A stretch of DNA of 64,000 bases, taken from positions 1 to 64,000 of the IMG/VR virus record IMGVR_UViG_3300021400_001327; one strand, given 5' to 3'. The position numbers and the translations under genes are program-made. Source of the stretch: a virus. Its lineage: Duplodnaviria > Caudoviricetes. The notes below the pieces were generated by a model. The model saw only the letters and a list, made by a program, of their open reading frames with translations, was not told the origin of the DNA and did no database searches. Below, one piece after another: positions 60,172 through 64,000 of the stretch; positions within the stretch are counted from its first letter, which is position 1, and each line of letters begins with the position of its first letter.

Positions 60172-61008
60172 TTAGTCGGTCACGAGTTCCAGCTTTCCGG
60201 CACTGGTTACTTTCAGCAGCCCAGCCTTTACAAGGACTTTTACAAGGTAGGGCTTGACGGATGAGGGATTTTTCACTTTTTCCCCGTGTCCCTCCACCAT
60301 CCTTTTCATATCCTGCGCCTGCTTCGCTGTGCACTTCCCCATTCGTTCCCGCTCTGCGATGGCTTCCAGCGCTCTCTCGGTCCAGTCCATGACGGCGCTT
60401 GTCTCGGCAAGGCGGCGTTCTGCGGCACTGGTGGCGCTTCGCTCGTGTACGTGCTCGACAGGCGTTCCCTCTTTCGCGCTTCTTGTGACAATCCGCTTCT
60501 CAAGCCTGCCGCAAGCCCTACACGCTTCGATGAATGCACTGTGATGGTCGGCGTAATAATCACCCTCAAGCTCGGCAGGTATCATGACGGTGTACTGTGC
60601 CGCCTCCGCTTCTGCTTCACTGATAGCGAGAGCGGCGGTCTGTATCATGTCGGCATAATGACGAATGTAGACGTTCTTGTCTGCGGTCGCGCCGCGCCTG
60701 ATAGCACCCTTGATTTTCGCGGCTACCACACGCCGCGCAAGGTCATATACAGGGCCTGAAAAAACGGCGCGTCCTGCGGCGGCTTCCTCTGCTCGGTGAT
60801 TGATGGGGGCTGTGGTGGTGGCCTTCCTATTAGTGGCGGCGGCGGTGGTGGTCGTGACGGCGGCGGCGGTGGGGATGGTGTAGGCGTTCATGCGCTCTAA
60901 CACCCTGATGATACGAGCGGTGAAGCTATGCGGTGTGCGGGGGTCTCTGATAGCCTTAACGGCGGCGGCGATACGGGCGGCGGCGGTGGTGGTGTTGGTG
61001 GTTTTCAT
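60172..61008 (-). CDS. Hypothetical protein with a Thr/Ala-rich N-terminus; weak sigma-region-2-like segment
   Basis: GAAAGGA RBS before MKTTNTT; HYADMIQTAALAI. Confidence 0.5.
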   Translation of the reverse strand: MKTTNTTTAAARIAAAVKAIRDPRTPHSFTARIIRVLERMNAYTIPTAAAVTTTTAAATNRKATTTAPINHRAEEAAAGRAVFSGPVYDLARRVVAAKIKGAIRRGATADKNVYIRHYADMIQTAALAISEAEAEAAQYTVMIPAELEGDYYADHHSAFIEACRACGRLEKRIVTRSAKEGTPVEHVHERSATSAAERRLAETSAVMDWTERALEAIAERERMGKCTAKQAQDMKRMVEGHGEKVKNPSSVKPYLVKVLVKAGLLKVTSAGKLELVTD

Positions 61009-61269
61009 AGTGGTGTTCCTTTCTGCCCTGTGGGCTGTCGGTGTAGTGTGTGTCTTACTGAATGACACTAAAGTAAGAATTCGACAAAAATTTCTGAATT
61101 CCTGCAAAAAATCTCGATTGCCATAATTTTGACATATTTCCTGGGCGCTCTCGGGTGCATGGTGGGTGTAATCGTTCATCGATGATGAATCGATGATGAT
61201 TCATCAATCAGTGTTTAATAATGATTGATGGTATCCAAACAAGTTGTATCTGTTCCATGCCAACCGTTG

Positions 61270-61692
61270 GATTCATCGGGCGCGAAAGTGCCCGAGATGG
61301 TACGAGCGGCGGACCTGGACGGGCGCTTGCCCGCTGGATAGCTGGAAGTCCAGACGTTGAGTCCCAGCGCAAAAGCTCGATTTGCAGGATGAAGAGCAAA
61401 CACAGAAACGACGCTGCTTAGCAGAAAGCGCGACGTGCGAAAGCACAGCGGCTTGCCTGATAGCCTTCGGCGATTCAGGATTTCCGGCAAAGCCTTCGGC
61501 GATGTCGGCTTGCTTAGTGCTGGGCTCACCCACCGCATTTGCATCTCTGAGCGCATGGTGCCGAGACTGTGACTGACAAAGCAATCAACAGCCGCAAGGC
61601 TGATTTTGCCCACGGTGCAAGCCCGTGGGCCTTATGCCAGCGCTGGCCGCATGAAGCTGGCGCGGTAATAAAATCGCTGGTTAAACCAGCAG
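61270..61692 (+). ncRNA. Candidate large structured noncoding RNA
   Basis: Dense GNRA/UUCG-capped hairpins on the + strand and a long-range helix; no credible ORF. Confidence 0.65.
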
Positions 61693-61704
61693 AAAGAGGT
61701 ACCT

Positions 61705-62631
61705 ATGTATAAGCAGAATGATTACACCGAGAAGAAGTCCGCTGCTCAGGCCAAGCTCGACGCCTACATCGAGAAGGTCAACGCTGACAAGCCGCAGGCC
61801 AACGAAATCACCGGCGCGAAGGAAGCGCTCGACAAGGCCGTCGCCGATTACAACACGCTCGTCGTGTCCGACGCCTACGAGCGCCTGTTCCTGCTGACCG
61901 CCGACGACGCTGAGGTCGGCTCCCTGCCTGATCCAGCCGCACACCTGAAGGCCACTGACCCGCTGGGGCGTGCCTTCCGTGGCTATCGCTTCTCCGGCCT
62001 GATGAAGGCCAGCATAAAGCGCGACAAGCAGACCGACCGTGTAGACACAGGCAAGACGTCGCTGGTCTGTGTCGCCGACGATGACGCCGACGAGAAAAAG
62101 CAGGTCTACCACCTGCGCGACATCGCCGCGAAGTGGGACGAGCTCCAGACTGCCGCAGGCGTGACCCAGAAGGCCGAGCTCATGGCTTCGCCAATGTGGG
62201 GCTCGCTGGTCCAGAAGGTCCGGCGGCTGTTCATCGCTCGCTCGCTGTCGCTGGGCGGCTACGCCATCCCTTCCGGCGTGACCAATGACTATATCGTCTA
62301 CACCGCTGACGGGCAGGCCGTGGCTGTCGCTGACCTGACCGCTGAGCAAAAGAAGGCGCTCGACGACAAGGTCACCGTCAAGGCGCTCAAGGCCGAGCTT
62401 CAGGCGCTCGTTGACGCTGTCTACTTCGACGCGACTGGCCGCAAGAACGGCTCCAACAAGTACCGTGTCAACGAGAAGGACGTGCACTGGCTCGTGGACA
62501 ACGCTCATCGGTTTGATGAGCGCTCCCACAAGACCGTCCTGATGAGTGACGCGAAGGCGTACGAGTTGGCCTTCTGCATGGTCGCCCACATCGTGACCGG
62601 CGAGTCCTACAGCGCTCTTCTGGGGGAGTAA
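61705..62631 (+). CDS. Hypothetical protein, probably highly expressed
   Basis: GAGGT RBS; strong codon bias; 308 aa. Confidence 0.8.
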   Translation: MYKQNDYTEKKSAAQAKLDAYIEKVNADKPQANEITGAKEALDKAVADYNTLVVSDAYERLFLLTADDAEVGSLPDPAAHLKATDPLGRAFRGYRFSGLMKASIKRDKQTDRVDTGKTSLVCVADDDADEKKQVYHLRDIAAKWDELQTAAGVTQKAELMASPMWGSLVQKVRRLFIARSLSLGGYAIPSGVTNDYIVYTADGQAVAVADLTAEQKKALDDKVTVKALKAELQALVDAVYFDATGRKNGSNKYRVNEKDVHWLVDNAHRFDERSHKTVLMSDAKAYELAFCMVAHIVTGESYSALLGE

Positions 62632-62740
62632 TTCCCCCCTTTGCCCCGCATGGCTCAAGCCTCCACGCGGCGCGGGGTGGGTAACGCCGATTGAGTCAGA
62701 CCTTGTCAACTGAGCGAGAACGTGATATATTTATACAGGG

Positions 62741-62971
62741 GTGGTGATATTGGCAAAAGAAAAAGATCGGCACAAGAATCCGAACTATAAGAACGAGTAT
62801 GCCCGCGCAAACTATGAACGTGTTACGTTTATGTACAAACATGACCAACGTTATAAAGAGCGCATCAAAGCGCAGGCTGAATACGATGGTATGTCCATCA
62901 ACGCCTGGATTCTTCGCGCAATTGATACACAGCTTCGCCGCGAGTCCGGCGAGCTTACAGGAGAGGAGTGA
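62741..62971 (+). CDS. Ribbon-helix-helix (Arc/HicB-like) DNA-binding protein
   Basis: YERVTF...KERIKAQAEYDGMSINAWILRAIDTQL. Confidence 0.7.
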   Translation: MVILAKEKDRHKNPNYKNEYARANYERVTFMYKHDQRYKERIKAQAEYDGMSINAWILRAIDTQLRRESGELTGEE

Positions 62972-62977
62972 TACACC

Positions 62978-63670
62978 CTGAAGTTTCTTGATGACCTTGA
63001 CCCGCGACTGATAACCGACGAGCAACGACAACAACTCCGTGAACTCTATGAACGCGACCCGTACGCGTTCTACAACCTGTGGCGCGATCCCGCCCAAGCT
63101 CAAATCTGGGCAGAAGGCGAGAACTTCAAGACAGAGCCCGCCAACGACCTGTATCAGAAAATCGGCGCTTTGAGGCTCGCCGGTGCGCCCGAGCATGTTA
63201 TTGACTTCTGGAAAGACACACTTACGCACAAGGGCAGAGACGAAAGGAGTGATTTACTGCCACCAGCAACAAAACCTGTTCCAGAGAAGCTTAAGCAAAT
63301 CGACGAGCTTTGCGCGTATCTCGACGGTTTATTGAACTGGGTCGAAGACAATCGGCTCGAACTCGATGACAATGCCGACGAGCTTCCAGACGTTCTGCCA
63401 ATTGCTGGCAAGTGGGAGCGTTTGATGCGGCGAGCGACGACGGGCAAAGACGTGATTGAACATCACAACGGCGCCGTGCGTCACTACAAAGCGACTGATG
63501 ACGTTGTAGAGGCCAACATGGGCGTCGAGGTCGTAGAAGTGATATTAAGAGAGGGCGCAGACATCGAGCTCGATATCGAAGACTGGGACAACAACTACAT
63601 CAAGCCCGGAAGCTGCCGCATAGACAGCAACGGCAACATCCTGTTATACTTCTATCACTGTTACGAATGA
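62978..63670 (+). CDS. Hypothetical protein (230 aa if started at CTG 62978)
   Basis: Frame is open from 62972 through the listed 63170-63670 ORF; GGAGTGA RBS 6 nt before the CTG. Confidence 0.6.
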   Translation: MKFLDDLDPRLITDEQRQQLRELYERDPYAFYNLWRDPAQAQIWAEGENFKTEPANDLYQKIGALRLAGAPEHVIDFWKDTLTHKGRDERSDLLPPATKPVPEKLKQIDELCAYLDGLLNWVEDNRLELDDNADELPDVLPIAGKWERLMRRATTGKDVIEHHNGAVRHYKATDDVVEANMGVEVVEVILREGADIELDIEDWDNNYIKPGSCRIDSNGNILLYFYHCYE

Positions 63671-63731
63671 AGCTGATATCACAAGCCTGTAAGTAAAACC
63701 GCATAACGACGCAATGAACCGACCACCAGCA

Positions 63732-63753
63732 ACCGCCTACGGGCGGTTTTTTT
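63732..63753 (+). terminator. Intrinsic terminator
   Basis: ACCGCC-TACG-GGCGGT followed by a T-run. Confidence 0.8.
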
Positions 63754-63856
63754 ATGCCCAAAAATCCTGCACGAGGGATTGATGAGCGAGCGTTTTTTTG
63801 CGACCACTGGTTAGTCGGAACCAGAAATGAAAACGGAATCAGAAAGGAGACCAAAA

Positions 63857-63991
63857 ATGCAGACATTCATTATCAGCAAGAAGCAGTTCAAGCGCCTCAT
63901 GAAAATTATCAGCAAGGGACGCACCATCCAGCGCAAAGCTGAACGGAAAAACAAGAGGCTCGAACGCCTTTTGGCCGAGGTGTTCGGATGA
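63857..63991 (+). CDS. Small basic hypothetical protein (MQTFIISKKQFKRLMKIISKG...)
   Basis: GAAAGGAG RBS; open frame to a TGA near 63991. Confidence 0.5.
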   Translation: MQTFIISKKQFKRLMKIISKGRTIQRKAERKNKRLERLLAEVFG

Positions 63992-64000
63992 TGATTCCAA

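Noticed and set aside
59752-60334. Pro-rich ORFs on the minus strand
   Set aside because: By-products of the G-run tract.
61215-61613. Short ORFs over the structured region, or a fourth intron
   Set aside because: No RBS or coding bias, no flanking exons to join, and no recognisable P7 or domain V.
61681-62709. 342-aa minus-strand ORF
   Set aside because: Mirror of the strongly biased + strand gene 61705-62631, which has the RBS.
1-64000. Complete DGR, retron, homing endonuclease or intein
   Set aside because: I recognised no reverse transcriptase (YxDD), template repeat, HNH/GIY-YIG/LAGLIDADG gene or intein motifs in the window.

Overview
This window is part of a large temperate siphovirus genome with SPbeta-like organisation, probably infecting a Clostridia/Bacillota host. 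It appears to be the excised or virion form, because an intact attP (3' half of tRNA-Val(GAC) plus arm-type repeats) sits beside the integrase with phage genes on both sides. A long minus-strand block reads: small early genes, a YonO-like single-subunit RNA polymerase, ClpP, PhoH, a phosphoesterase, terminases, portal, protease/scaffold, capsid, neck, tail tube, RecU, three HAEG-repeat fibre genes, lysis genes and a giant tape measure. Main observations: (1) three ORF-less group I introns whose exact splice junctions restore conserved motifs, in the RNA polymerase catalytic DFDGD motif, the tail tube gene and the ~4,983-aa tape measure gene; (2) a ~430-nt tetraloop-rich candidate large structured ncRNA at ~61.27-61.69 kb; (3) a pair of inverted bipartite sites flanking a 3.8-kb segment (AT-rich ori-like region plus early genes) next to a second tyrosine recombinase; (4) a tail fibre with a DGR-target-like C-terminus and hairpin but no RT/TR cassette in the window; (5) attP/integrase placed between convergent tail operons. 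All family assignments come from motif recognition and synteny, not database searches.
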